This document shows positions 30,278 through 42,000 of a stretch of 64,000 nt of DNA, piece after piece. The notes below the pieces were generated by a model. That model was not told the DNA's origin, made no database searches, and saw only the letters and a list, made by a program, of their open reading frames with translations. Position numbers and translations under genes: made by a program. Location: contig CM074804.1 of assembly GCA_037447605.1 (NCBI GenBank), positions 6,921,909 to 6,985,908 on the forward strand, in the 5' to 3' direction. The DNA comes from Zygnema circumcarinatum SAG 698-1b (lineage: Eukaryota > Plantae > Zygnematophyceae). Within the stretch, counting starts at the first letter, position 1; every line of letters begins with the position of its first letter.

Positions 30278-31468
30278 ATGGCAATGGTTGTCCAATGGTT
30301 GCCGACCCGATGGTCCGACTTGTGCAGTGTGCAGGTGTGTTGAGCAGATTGTCTCAGACTCAACAAAATCGAACGGCTTTTTGCTCGTCAGCATTGCATT
30401 GCTGCAGATGAAGTCCCAACAATCATCGGTGCTGGTTACGACGCCGACTTGAACGCTGCTGCAAGATAAGCTTCTTCATCGTCCCGGGCCCGGCTGTGAC
30501 TTGGTCTGTTGGTCAGCGTGACGTGACTAGGGACCGGGGGGGCACGGAATGTACGGTATGGGAGTTTGCCGGCAAGCCGTGCCCCTCCCCCTGAAGGGCA
30601 TGCTAGTGCCCCGCGCCTCCAACCCTAGTGAGGAGGGCAGTGGCCCTCCGCAATCTGGCGCACACTCTGAGCCAATCACACGGTCACTGAGCATGGGCCC
30701 CATCGCGACGTCATAGGCTGAACACTTTTCATGGTGCCGCTGGCTCGCCACCCGAACATATCGAGAGAGATAACAAAACCTGCACTCACATCGACTATGG
30801 AGTTGCAGGAACCATGAGATCAACAGGCAGCGCCAAAAGTGGCATGACGTGCGGTGAGCAGGAGTATGGCCATATCCAGAAACCCCGCACCGAAAAAAAA
30901 AAAAAAAGAGTGGAGAGAAAGGAATTTCTCCTGGCGAGAAATGCAGGCATCCAGATCCCTGCTGGCTTCTGCTCAACACCGTTTAACTTTATACTGAAAC
31001 TTTCATTCCTATTTTCAATGAGTACAACGTTCTGCTCAGCAAAACTGTCCCTTCTATTCGTTGCCTTCACCCCTCCCTCCTCCACCCAATCTGTACAATG
31101 AGCCCTTTTCTCGATAGAAAGGACATTCTAAGGTTCAGTTTCGCCTGCTTCACTGAATCCACGAACAAGATCCGTTCCAGAACAGCATGGACATGGCTCT
31201 CTCTCTCTCCCGCTTCCGTCACTTCCAGCAAGCCCATTTCCACCACTGCCCACTGCGTCCGCCGCCAGTCGCCATTCTCTCTACCTCTCACCAACTCGGC
31301 TGGCTTCACCCCTGCCCTTCTTCAGATGCTAAGTTCCTTCCCACCCCAGAACTTGTCACTCTTCCAGGCCGCCCTCGGTCCTCTTCAACCAAGCGATGAC
31401 GCGAGACAATTGCTCGCCTGTGTTTTCTAGATGTGCGACTTTGGTGCAAAAAAAAAGCATTCCCCTAG

Positions 31469-34390
31469 TCAAGACAAGCTCCACAAATTATCCCATCCAG
31501 TGGCAGCAGCACCTCCTCCAGCAGGCCCGCCTGACGCTGAAGCAGAAACGGGGGGGAAAGGTGCCCCAGATGCACTTTTGGGAGCTGGAAGGCCCATTCT
31601 GCCCTTTCCAGCCTCCGCGGTGGGGGCCCCTGGGAGGCCGCCATGGCCGCCCTTCCGCGGCTGCCCTCCCTCCATGGCGCCGCCTGCCTTTGTACGCGAC
31701 CTGATGCCAAAAAGCCGCAGCACGAATCGGAGAAGTTCGGCGTAGAGTGAACCGGAGCGGTCAAAGAGCTGCGCACAACCAATGGAGGGTTAGGCTCACC
31801 GAAGGACTGGACAGCCTGCAGGGGGCATGGAGGGGGTGGCAGTGGGAGGGGCACAAATATTGCTCATTCATGCGTTGCCTCTCCGGATAGGAAAATCAGC
31901 GTTGGGACGATGAGATCTCTGCTTCTTTCACAAATCCAACGTGTCAGGCCTAGTAAGTCTGCAACTGTAAAAGCTCATTTGACACATCAGTCAGGAAATC
32001 TTCATTCTAGAAATAAAGATGGTTTATAGCTTTCCTCCGTTACTCAATACGTGATCTCTCCAGATTCTACTTTTTACAATTACGAGTATTTGTGCACAGT
32101 CACACTCATACTCAGTACGCACTCTGCAGAAGTGCGTTTAATGACATCCCATACTCAGCCATTTGTTGCAGCCAGCTGGGAGGGCCATAGGAGCTCACCT
32201 CTAACAATGCCGTGATGAAGAAGTGAAAGGCCGCCGTATTTTCATTCACAAGAACAGCTAGTCGCCCAAAAAAGTTCATCATTCCATGTAGCTGCAATAG
32301 CATCCACACAACAACATCCAGTCTAAGGATCCAATTGATAGGCGGAAAGCTGCGACTGCAGCAAGGAACTTGCCAATAAGCCTCACTATTGACACCAAAA
32401 ACTCATATGACTCCTGACAGATAAGTAATGGCCTCGATCAAATGCGCACTCCCAACAGGACAGCGGTCCCTTATCTCTAACAGGAAAGGATCCGAAATCT
32501 CAGTTAAAAGACATCACACTCAGTCGTTGGCACTGGAACATACGAATTGTACATAGCAAAAGAAAAAATAGCTTCAAGACTGCTACCCGCAAACAATTGG
32601 CCCAACTTCTTAATACTTCTGCTGACCTGTGTCAAATCGATGGACAAGATCAAGCGTATATTTGTAAGAAGAAATAGTGACCTAGTACAAGAAGCTCTAC
32701 TCCTAATAACCAATACACTATCTGCCGAACACAAAACTCACCACTCTAACCATCTTCTGCCACCAGCTGGGGGGCTGTGGCGGCATCCCTCCATGAGCAT
32801 CGTTGGGGTCGCCCATCATCCCAGGCTGTCCATACGGACCGCCCCCCATGGCCCCCATGCCTCCCATGCCTCCCATGCCTCCCATGCCGCCCATGCCATA
32901 ACTACCCATGCCTCCATAGCTCCCGTAACCACTCATCCCCCCTCCATATCCGCCTCCTCCGTAGCCGCCTCCATATCCCCCATAACCTCTGTTGTACATG
33001 CTGCTTCCCGTTCCATAACTGCCATAGCTACTTCCATAGCCACCACCGTAACCACTCAACCTGCTACTGTATGGGCTCCCCATGCTTGAGCCATAGCTGG
33101 AGCCATAGCCTCCATAACTGCCGCCTACTCCAGCCATTCCACTCATGCCTGTACGGTTGTAAGGTGTGAGAGAATTATATGCCCCTGAAACGTACACTCA
33201 AAAGACACAAAAGTAGATAACGAGTTTCAGCCGAATTTACAGTTCAAAAGCAAAAACACACAGTCAACACTGTGGAACAAGAACACCTTAGCTTGCTCAC
33301 TTTACTGGACATAGCTATCTACTACTTAGAAGCTACCATGTAAAAAATGGCATCTCAAACATTCATTTTGCCGCACGGTTAAAGCTATGATGTTTACAGC
33401 AAAACAAGCTCCGTAAGGCACTGCTCTAAATTGCCGGAGGTTCATCACCACATTACCACACCCCCCAAAGTGCCATCCTTCTTACAGCTTCTGTTATATC
33501 CCGTCCCTGGTTACACACTAGAGTAACCCCTGAAACTGAGACCAACTAGCTTTCTACAAAGTTCATACCAAACTCACACTTTCAATTCTTTCAATTCTGA
33601 ATTGGAACTGCAATAAGCAAAGTTTGTTTAGGGTAAAACCTAAATAGGATATAGGTCCAATGCTTTCAGGTCCCTAACTTCTCGTAAAAGTTTATTGTTT
33701 TACCAGCTGTGCTCCCGCCTCTCTCCCATGGCCGAGCTGGCAGATGTGCTCCAGCCCCACCTGCTGCTGCCGCCTCAGCTGCTGCTGCAGGATCGTCTCC
33801 TTCCGTTCCAGCAGCAGCAACAACATCAGCCGTGCTGGCGGATGGAGAAGAAGGAGCAAAAGGAAGACCACTTGATTGAGTCCCTCCCCCCCCCCTCTCC
33901 CAGGGCTTCGGGGGCCGGCCTGTACGAGGAAAGGAGCAACACATGAGTTTAATCTACCTTGGGAGAGGCCGAAGTACAGGAGCAGTATTTAGTATATGTG
34001 GCAGTATGGAAGCGAGCCAGACGGCGGAACAAGACCAGGAAGAGGAACAGAGGCTTGCAGAAAGCGACAGCAAAAGTCTACCAAAGAATTTAGCTGAACA
34101 CTTCAATTCCGAGAAACTTCAGTGGATCCCTGCTAATTGATTCCAGAGAGTATGATAAAATACGATAAAATAGAATGCCTAAACATCCCGAAGGGCAGAA
34201 GACAAGGACCTCCGTTTGGATAAAAACTGGAGACAAGTGAACACTTTTTCAAGAACTGCAGCGACCGAGTCATGGAGACGTTAGGCGTCGCCCATAGAGT
34301 ACATGATGCAGGTGCAAGCTAGCCTTACAATTGAACAGGCAAAGCGATAAAGGAGGAAAGAAGGAAGGGAAAGTGGAAAGACTCACTCAT
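31469..34390 (-). CDS. PEX13: peroxisomal membrane protein PEX13, plant type; exons 34387-34390, 33704-33919, 32742-33184, 32199-32291, 31469-31768; about 351 aa
   Basis: PPKPWE, PARPWE, Gly/Tyr/Met-rich tract, WWQKMVRV|LHGMMNFFGRLAVLVNENTAAFHFFITALLE|LFDRSGSLYAEL and C-terminal GWDNLW, as in land-plant PEX13. Confidence 0.92.
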
Positions 34391-34934
34391 CCTGCCTGAA
34401 GAGCGTATACCACCAACACTTTACCGAGCAGCAGCAAATGAACGTCTCTCTCCACCAGTAACGAACAGCTTCCGCAGAAAAAACCCTAAGGAATACCCTA
34501 AGACCCTCCCTTTCGTGCAGCAAAGATTATGCTTCCAGCGAGGCCGCCCCGACGTCGATATGCATCCCCTACGCCGCGGAGGAGGCAGCAGCCATGGCTA
34601 ACAGCTCCACCTGTCCTCGCCCCGCCCTACCCATAGTGCAGCCCTAGCCCTAATTCCGTCAGCCCGCCCGTTCCGCGGAACGGCCGCTAGTTCGGCGTGA
34701 CTAATTTCCCCCTCTCTGCCCAACCTCTCGGGCACCTCCAAAACATTTTTGACTGCTCTGCCCCTCCCTCCCTCTGCCCCGAAAAAGTCGTCTCACCGCC
34801 ATTCGCTATCCACCACGTCAGACAATCCGGCCAATCGGTACGTGCCACGTCACACAAGGGGCTGACGTGCCCCCCCCCCCCCCAGCTTGCTCCCTCCCTC
34901 CCGTGGCAGGGCGAGCAGCGGCGCGGGTGGCACC
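34391..34934. promoter_or_regulatory. bidirectional promoter between PEX13 and the SET gene
   Basis: Divergent genes about 545 bp apart. Contains a telo-box AAACCCTAA (34481-34489), CCACGTCA/TGACGTG and CCAAT motifs. Confidence 0.6.
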
Positions 34935-37900
34935 ATGGCCCTGGCCATGGCCGTGGCCTGCGCGAGGGGCGGCGCGGAGAGGGAGCTGGAGCGGTGGCTG
35001 AGGGCGCAGGGCCTGGACCGGCGGGGACTGCGCGTGCAGCGCCTGGGGGGGGGAGAGGGGGAGGGGGAGTACGGTGCAGTGGCGGGGCCGGGGGGAGTCC
35101 GCAGAGGGGCTCTCGTAGTGAGCGTTCCGCGGAGCGCGTTCATGAATGCGGAGGTGCGCAGCTGCGGTCGGGCGGGCGGGGAGGCTTTTTGAATGGTGGG
35201 ACAGATATGGAAGGGAGGGACAGAGATTTGTGCGGTTCGGAAGATGAAGTTTGGGTTATTTTGGGGGTTCTGTTGCTTTTTCTTGAAGTCGGTTTTTTCC
35301 CAATTCACTAGCCAACCCCCTAAACCCAAATTCTGGATCCGCACCTGGTGTAGACTCAACGTATTTGGGGCATTAAACTTACCTTTCTGAGAACAAGTCT
35401 ATGAGATAGGCATGCAAGAGAAATTACGACTTTCACGGTTTTGCCTTGATTTCTTTATGGAGTAAAATTTTAAACTTATGAGTTTTCAAACTAGTCGACC
35501 ATGGCAAACAATGGTTGACCAGTAGTGGATTTTCACAAGGCCAGCAGTTATATGACTTGCTCAACAATGGCGGGTACGAGAGGAGAGTTAAACAAACTTC
35601 AAGGAACGAGGATTCTTTTTTGTTTGTACACCAATTATATGCTTCAATTGTTTCTAAACTAAAATGCTACTTGGTTTCTGTATCTGATCGAAAATCCTGA
35701 TCTCTTGACGACTTGTAAACCTCTACTGCCAAATCTCGTTTTTTTTTTTTTTTTTAGCGAAAGGACCTTCTTTTCAAATTCCTCTAGAAATAAGTAAACC
35801 TGAAGCAGCAGGTTCCATGTTCTCCTTCACCCTACGTCGAATCCCATGTTCGTGGCTGCATGTGGAAACGTGTACAATCGTTACATTTACTCCTCTAACA
35901 GATGATACCTTTCAGCTGTTTCATAGTACCCTCCTCTCATGTGTCCATTGATCTCCTGTGGCTGGCGAAGCAGACCGCTCTGAACTGCGCCGTGGTGGGC
36001 CCTCTCATAAGGAGCCATAACCTCTCAGCGTGGCAGTCTCTCTGCCTGCACCTTTTGTGGGAGCGGAGACTTGGTCCTCTCAGCTTTTGGAGTCCCTACA
36101 TTGACGCGCTTCCACCTCAACAAAACTCAGCGCTTTGGCACCCTCTGCTCTGGCCCGAGGTGAGGCACGCCCTACATTCCATGCAGATATTGGGCGATGT
36201 CTATTGCATAATAGGAAGTGGTACGAATCCTTCTGCGTTCCATCGCTGCATGTGTGTCTACATTGTTTGCTCTTTGACCTTCATGGAAGTGGCTGATGAA
36301 TGCGGCTGGCATGTTTGCTCTGTGGGTCGCATGTTGAACAGGAGCATGGGGCGAGTTGGCTGAAGGGGTCTCCAATGCTGATCGAGCTTGAGAGACGCAT
36401 TGCTCACTGCAGGTGAGATGCCCGTTCGGCCCCTTTTGTATATGTGCTCTCGCCGCCGGTGAAACTTCTCCTACGGTTGCTTTCCACCTCCGTAACTGGA
36501 CTTGCAACGGTATACAAGCTCTTCCTTTTTTCACATAATGACCGTGAGATGCTTCTGGCCGTTTTCCCGCAGGGCTGATACTGAATCCCTGTTGTCCACC
36601 GGAATTAATGAACGTGTGCCACCTTGCCTTCCCTCACAAATGCCTGTAACGGAAAGCTCGGTGAAATGGGCGGCAGTGATGCTGCTGAGTCGAGCTTTTT
36701 CTCTCGACCTTGGATCAGATAATGCTGCGGTGAGCTCAAGGTGCGACTGGGCCTCAGCATCCCATGTTCCATTTTTTTTTTTTTTTTTCAAACTTGTCAG
36801 AAGAGATCAACTGGGTCAATTCCTTCGAGGTAAGGATCTTCTGAACATTTTATCACCTGCAGTTGTATCTGAATGCATGTTTCTTTCCTTCTCTTCCTTA
36901 TTGTGATGCTGACTGTTTGTGCAGCTTGAAGGCGAGCGCAGCTTGACACTTGTTCCCTGGGCAGACATGCTCAACCACAGCAGCGAGGCAGGGGAGGAGT
37001 CATGTCTTGTCTACGATGCGGAAAGGAAGGAAGCGACGTTAAGGGCCTCTAATCCTTCTGCTTCCGGAGAGCAGGTCTTTGATTCGTACGGTCCTTGGCT
37101 ATCTGCCAGCCAGCTCCTGCTCAGTTATGGTTTCGTGGATGAAGCCAATAAGAATTACAGTATTGACATTCCTGTAAGTCTGAACAAGCTTTCGCCAGCT
37201 TGTTCGGTTGTTCTTTGTTCCCTTTTTTTTTCTTTTTACCTCTGCTACCACAAAAAATGACACCTCTGTCCTCCGTTGAACAGGCTGCTGTTCTAGGCCC
37301 CTCGAGAGGCCTATCCAATGCTGCTTTGCTGGAATCTGTGGGCCTTCCCATTGGTGTGTTGCTTCTATCCTCCTGCAAGTTGACGTTTCTCGTGGTTGAT
37401 GTTGAGGAGAGTGACGACGTTATGTGGAGTGGTTTGACAGAAGGAGCGGCGTTCTCTCTCACTCCACGGGGCGTGGACCGCTCCGTTCTCGCTTGGACCC
37501 GAGCGGCTTTGGCTTCTGAAGAAGAGCTCAGCCGGGCTGGTTGGCACGGCCGAGTAGGGAAGGATGACTACGAAGGAAAGGTGGACAGGAACGGTGCGCG
37601 CTCAGCTATGGCTATGGCTCGCTTTGGGAGGCCTGTGAGCCTGCGGAATGAGAAGGAGGTGAGGAGCAGTCTGCAAAAAACTTGAGGTTTCTTTCAGATG
37701 GTAATGTAAGCCAGCCTGCACGTCCTTGTTGACCTGTTATATTTTGCAAGTTTTCAAGGATGCCTGAAATCAAATGGGCAGGAGGAAGCAGGTGCTCCAG
37801 CGCCTGCAATCAGCTGCCGTCAAATTGCTTGAAGGTTACTCTGCTCCCGAGGAAGGCAAGGCCGCGACCGAACAGTACAGGACGGGCACCGCAGAACAGG

Positions 37901-38274
37901 TGGGCGATCACTTTCCAGGGATGAAAATCTCTTTAAACTTGCAAGAGGGGAAGTTTGCAGGGAAGGCAAAGGGGTGTAATACAGACTCCTTTGGTTCTCT
38001 TTGCAAGGCACTCGAATGAAGGCGCGCAGCATCAAACCGCTGCTCTGTTCGGCTGCTAGTGCAGGGGTGCTCTGAGGGCTGGCGTTTGTTGTTCCGTGTT
38101 TCAAATTGGTCCATGGAGGAGCTCATATAGACGGCAGACGTGTTGCAGGTGGCACCAAAATCGGTGAGGAGGGCTCTCCATGCGGAAAGGCTGTCGTTGG
38201 AGGGAGCCATTGCAAGTCTCAAAACTGCTTCTGATCGGCTGAACAAACTCCATCTACCTAGTCGCCGAAGCTAG
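34935..38274 (+). CDS. SET-domain protein lysine methyltransferase, Rubisco LSMT/SETD3-like; 9 exons (34935-35153, 35974-36159, 36342-36412, 36573-36729, 36925-37173, 37284-37353, 37441-37658, 37792-37899, 38149-38274); 467 aa
   Basis: SFWSPYIDALP, WAAVMLLSRAF, LVPWADMLNHS, GEQVFDSYG and LLLSYGFV. Frame-consistent GT-AG junctions. Confidence 0.85.
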
Positions 38275-39038
38275 TTTTCAGACTCCACCAGTTCAGGTGC
38301 CGCTGTCAAACTGCTAGCCGTGATTGTGCTGGTGGACCTGAGGAGCTGTGCCGCAAATGTATGTCTGGGCAGACATCTGGGCGTCTGAGCGCCGGTTTCC
38401 CCCGGGGTCCGTTATTTTTCGTCAAATGCCAATTCCGTTACATTCGCTCAACATATGTGCTAGTTTCTTACCTTTTCATTCTGAGATATTGTGTTTTAAC
38501 GAATCTGAGACGGACCAGTCTTGAAAGAGCCCTGAGGGCGCGCAAGGGCTTTCAGGGAACCGACGGAATTTGAGGAAAAAATGTGTAGATCCTCAACACA
38601 ATCCAGGGAAAAGTTTGCTCCCACGGCATATTATAGCTTGCTACGGCAAAAAACGAAAAAAACCGAGGTCTCTTTGAATAAAAAAATGAAAAACGAAGAC
38701 AGTAAGCAGGTTGGGTGATGTACTTCACTGCTTTGGCCGTCAGACAAATACAACAAGTCACAATAGTGTTCGTCAATTTATTTTTTTGAAACCTGGCCCA
38801 CTTCTATAAACCAAATTCACATTTTAACTCCCACTACTTTACCTGCACAGAAATGGTACGCTTAGCCCCAGATCCCCGCTCCCGTATTTACAGCAAAGAA
38901 TAAAGTTCCTTAGAAACCGCCACATGGAAACAAAATAAAATATCAACAAAAGAACGCATTAATGAGACTGTTCGAGCAAAATTGACACCCTGCACGAAGC
39001 TGTCGGAGCTTACCACCAATCCGAATCCCTCGTGCTGT

Positions 39039-42000
39039 TTATCTCTTCTGCTTTCCTGGCTTCAATTTCCTTTCTGGGTTTCGAATACCATCCGGCCCAT
39101 CACCTCTCCGCTCAGCCAACAGGCTGACTGCCTTTGTCCACCCCATTTCCGACCTCTGCCATACTCTACGTGCTGCTGCCTTCCTTCGATTTTCCAAGAC
39201 AGGTTCGATGCCGCCTACGGCTCCAATGTCCACTTGCGGTGACCGGCACCTGACACCTTCAAATGGGTGCACATGGAGCTCACATTTTTGCTGCTCCAAT
39301 TGCGTGCTCCAGCTCAGGCCATGGTCAAGGTCTTCCATCTCCAGCAGTGGTCTCTTCCAGCCCACCCGTTGGGCCGATTCCACCTTTTCTGGGCACCTTG
39401 GGCGTCTTCGAGGTGGCGACACTGCTGTAGCTACTACCTCGGACAGCTCCAACACGTCAATCTCCTCGACAGGTTCCCTTCCTCTGTATCGTTTCCTTGA
39501 TTTCCTAGTTACATAATCTACACGCATTTCAACAGGTGCTCCAACACCCTCTCTTGGTTTCCTGGACCTTTCCAATAAGCTCCCTTTTGTCAAGCCTCCT
39601 GACCCCTTGTCTCTGTCAATAGCTTCCTGGCCGACATCAATCTTTCTACCCTTTTTGCTGAAACTGCCCTTCGGTCGCCCTCGCTTCTTTGGGCCCATTA
39701 CTTGGAAGCCGCCAGTCTCAGCACCCTCAACCTTTTTTGGTTCTTTTACTGTTTCCTTGTGAGATTCCTTCGTCTCCTCCTTGGCCACTTGTCCGGAGCC
39801 CTTCACACGCCTTCCTCCCCACGTGAAACCCCGAGCACTGACTCGAACAAGCTTGCCGTTAAGCCACTTTGTAAATGGTCGTCCCCCAACTTTCGTTCTG
39901 CTACCTTTATCACCCAACTTCGCAGCCTTGGTTGCAGCTATCTGCTTCACTGCTCGCACCAGCTTCTGCACGGCGACCTGACCATTCTTCGTGACAACTC
40001 TAGCATTATCATCATCTTCTGCTTCCTGCTGACGCTCCTTAATGAACTTCCCGCTATCCTCCATTGCTTGTCGTTCCCTGTCCTTAGCACCAAACGGACC
40101 TACCTGCAACCTATGCTCGTTGAACTGCCCCCCCTGCCGGCCCTTACCTGCTCTAAACCTCTTTCCAACACGTCCCTTACCTTCACCCTTCCCACCCCAC
40201 TTCAAGACTTTGTCCTCTTCTTCTGACCTCTGCTCCTCTGAAGTCCTCTCAATCTCTTTTCCCTCCTTCAACTGCTCCCCTGCTCCACGGATGCGCTTAC
40301 TTTGCATCCACATGTCAACATCTTGCTTTCTCAATGGGCCATCACCAATAGCCAGCTCCTCCGTCCACTTTTGTTGCTTGCAGACAAAGTCAGTGATAGA
40401 TGCAGCCTTTCCCGCTTCCATTGAAACTAGAATGAGGGCCTCAAATGCCTCCGCTGGGCGCTCGGGCCTCTTCATCAAGTGCACGCAGGCTCCTGCCTTT
40501 CTCATAGGCCCGTCTTTGTTCTCTGCTTCACGGTCCTTCTCCCTCACCAATACATGGTCTTTACGGGGCAAAGATGGAGACAATGTCCTCCTTCGAGGCG
40601 CTTGAAGTTCCACCATCCATTCTATATCATTCCACGCCTGCCTTTCTTGCCCACTACTTGCGGGAGAGCGACCTACTATTTCATTTACCTTTACATTCTG
40701 TACATGCGAACAAACACCCAAGTTGTCCGAGCTACGTCTGTTTCTAGATCTTCCAGATTCTTCGAGGGAAGTCGCTGTTGTGCCCCTCCCAGTAACCGCC
40801 ATACAGCCCAAATTCTTATCCTTTATTCCCTCCCCTTGCGAGCTTCCAATTACACACGAATTTGCGTTCAAACCCTTCCTTTTCCAACCTCCTCCCCTCG
40901 ACGTCCCTTCAATGGCCTGCTTTGCAGGTAACATATCTAAGGCAGCACAAGCGACAGACGTTTTATCTTCCTTCTCCTGTATTGACCCATCACCTGTAGA
41001 AATCCCACATGGCAGTGGAGGGCTATGTCCTTTCTGGCCCTCCCTATCAGCATCTTTACCAACACTCACCTCATTTAACAACTCTTTCAAGGAAAAATCT
41101 ACCCCACCTATTGCAGGCTCAAAGCCTGACTGAATGCCAGATTCTATCATACACTCATTGCTGTCGTAATTCACACCATTACGCAGCTCCCTTGAGGCCC
41201 AAATCCTATCAAACACCTGCATAATTCCTCCCTCCGTTCTTTCACCTTCAGTGCAACCTGAGCGCCTCATGAATGGTGACTTTTGGAGCATTCTACGCTT
41301 TTCCGCACGATCAGTCACGGCACAGCTTGGAACTTGGTCAACATTAAGGTTCTGGTGACTTGTAAAATGTGTAGGGTTCTCACCAGTTACTCCTGCGTGA
41401 CACGAATTCTTTTCCTTAGCTGGCTGAACCCCCTCAATAGTGGAGGGTCTGTCGATATAGCCTTTACCTAATGCCTCCTCCACTGAAACCTTTGGCTTTC
41501 GCAAAACATTACCTTCTGCCGGCTCTTTGCCAAACTGTGAATCAAGCCCTTCTGGCAGAATGCCTTCAGGATTTAGAGATTCAGTAAATCCTTGCCCCTC
41601 ATTCTCCTCCTTCCATCTGCTCTGGCTACTTTCCCTCTCCCCAGTCCTCCGCAGGTCGTAAGTGAGACTGTGAGATTCTGCAGGCCGGCTCAGCCGCAGA
41701 GCCCCCGCACTTCGCGAATGCAGAGTTCGACGCCGGTTCCTGCTTCGCTTACTCCGCTTCTCCATCCACGCCAAATCATTGCCTGCGTCCAATCCAGACT
41801 TTGCCGACATCTCCTTTGAATCCAGCACCGGTTTCACAACAGCGATTTTCAGCACACCTGTGTCAGTGGAGACTGTGCTATTTCTATGTTCGACTCTGCT
41901 GCGGTTGCTCTCAGGCACACAACTTTTGGCAAGATCACGCTGTGAATTTTCCCTGTCAGCTGCTTCGTCCCCCAGAGGAGACCTGCGCCGGGCCATTCTC

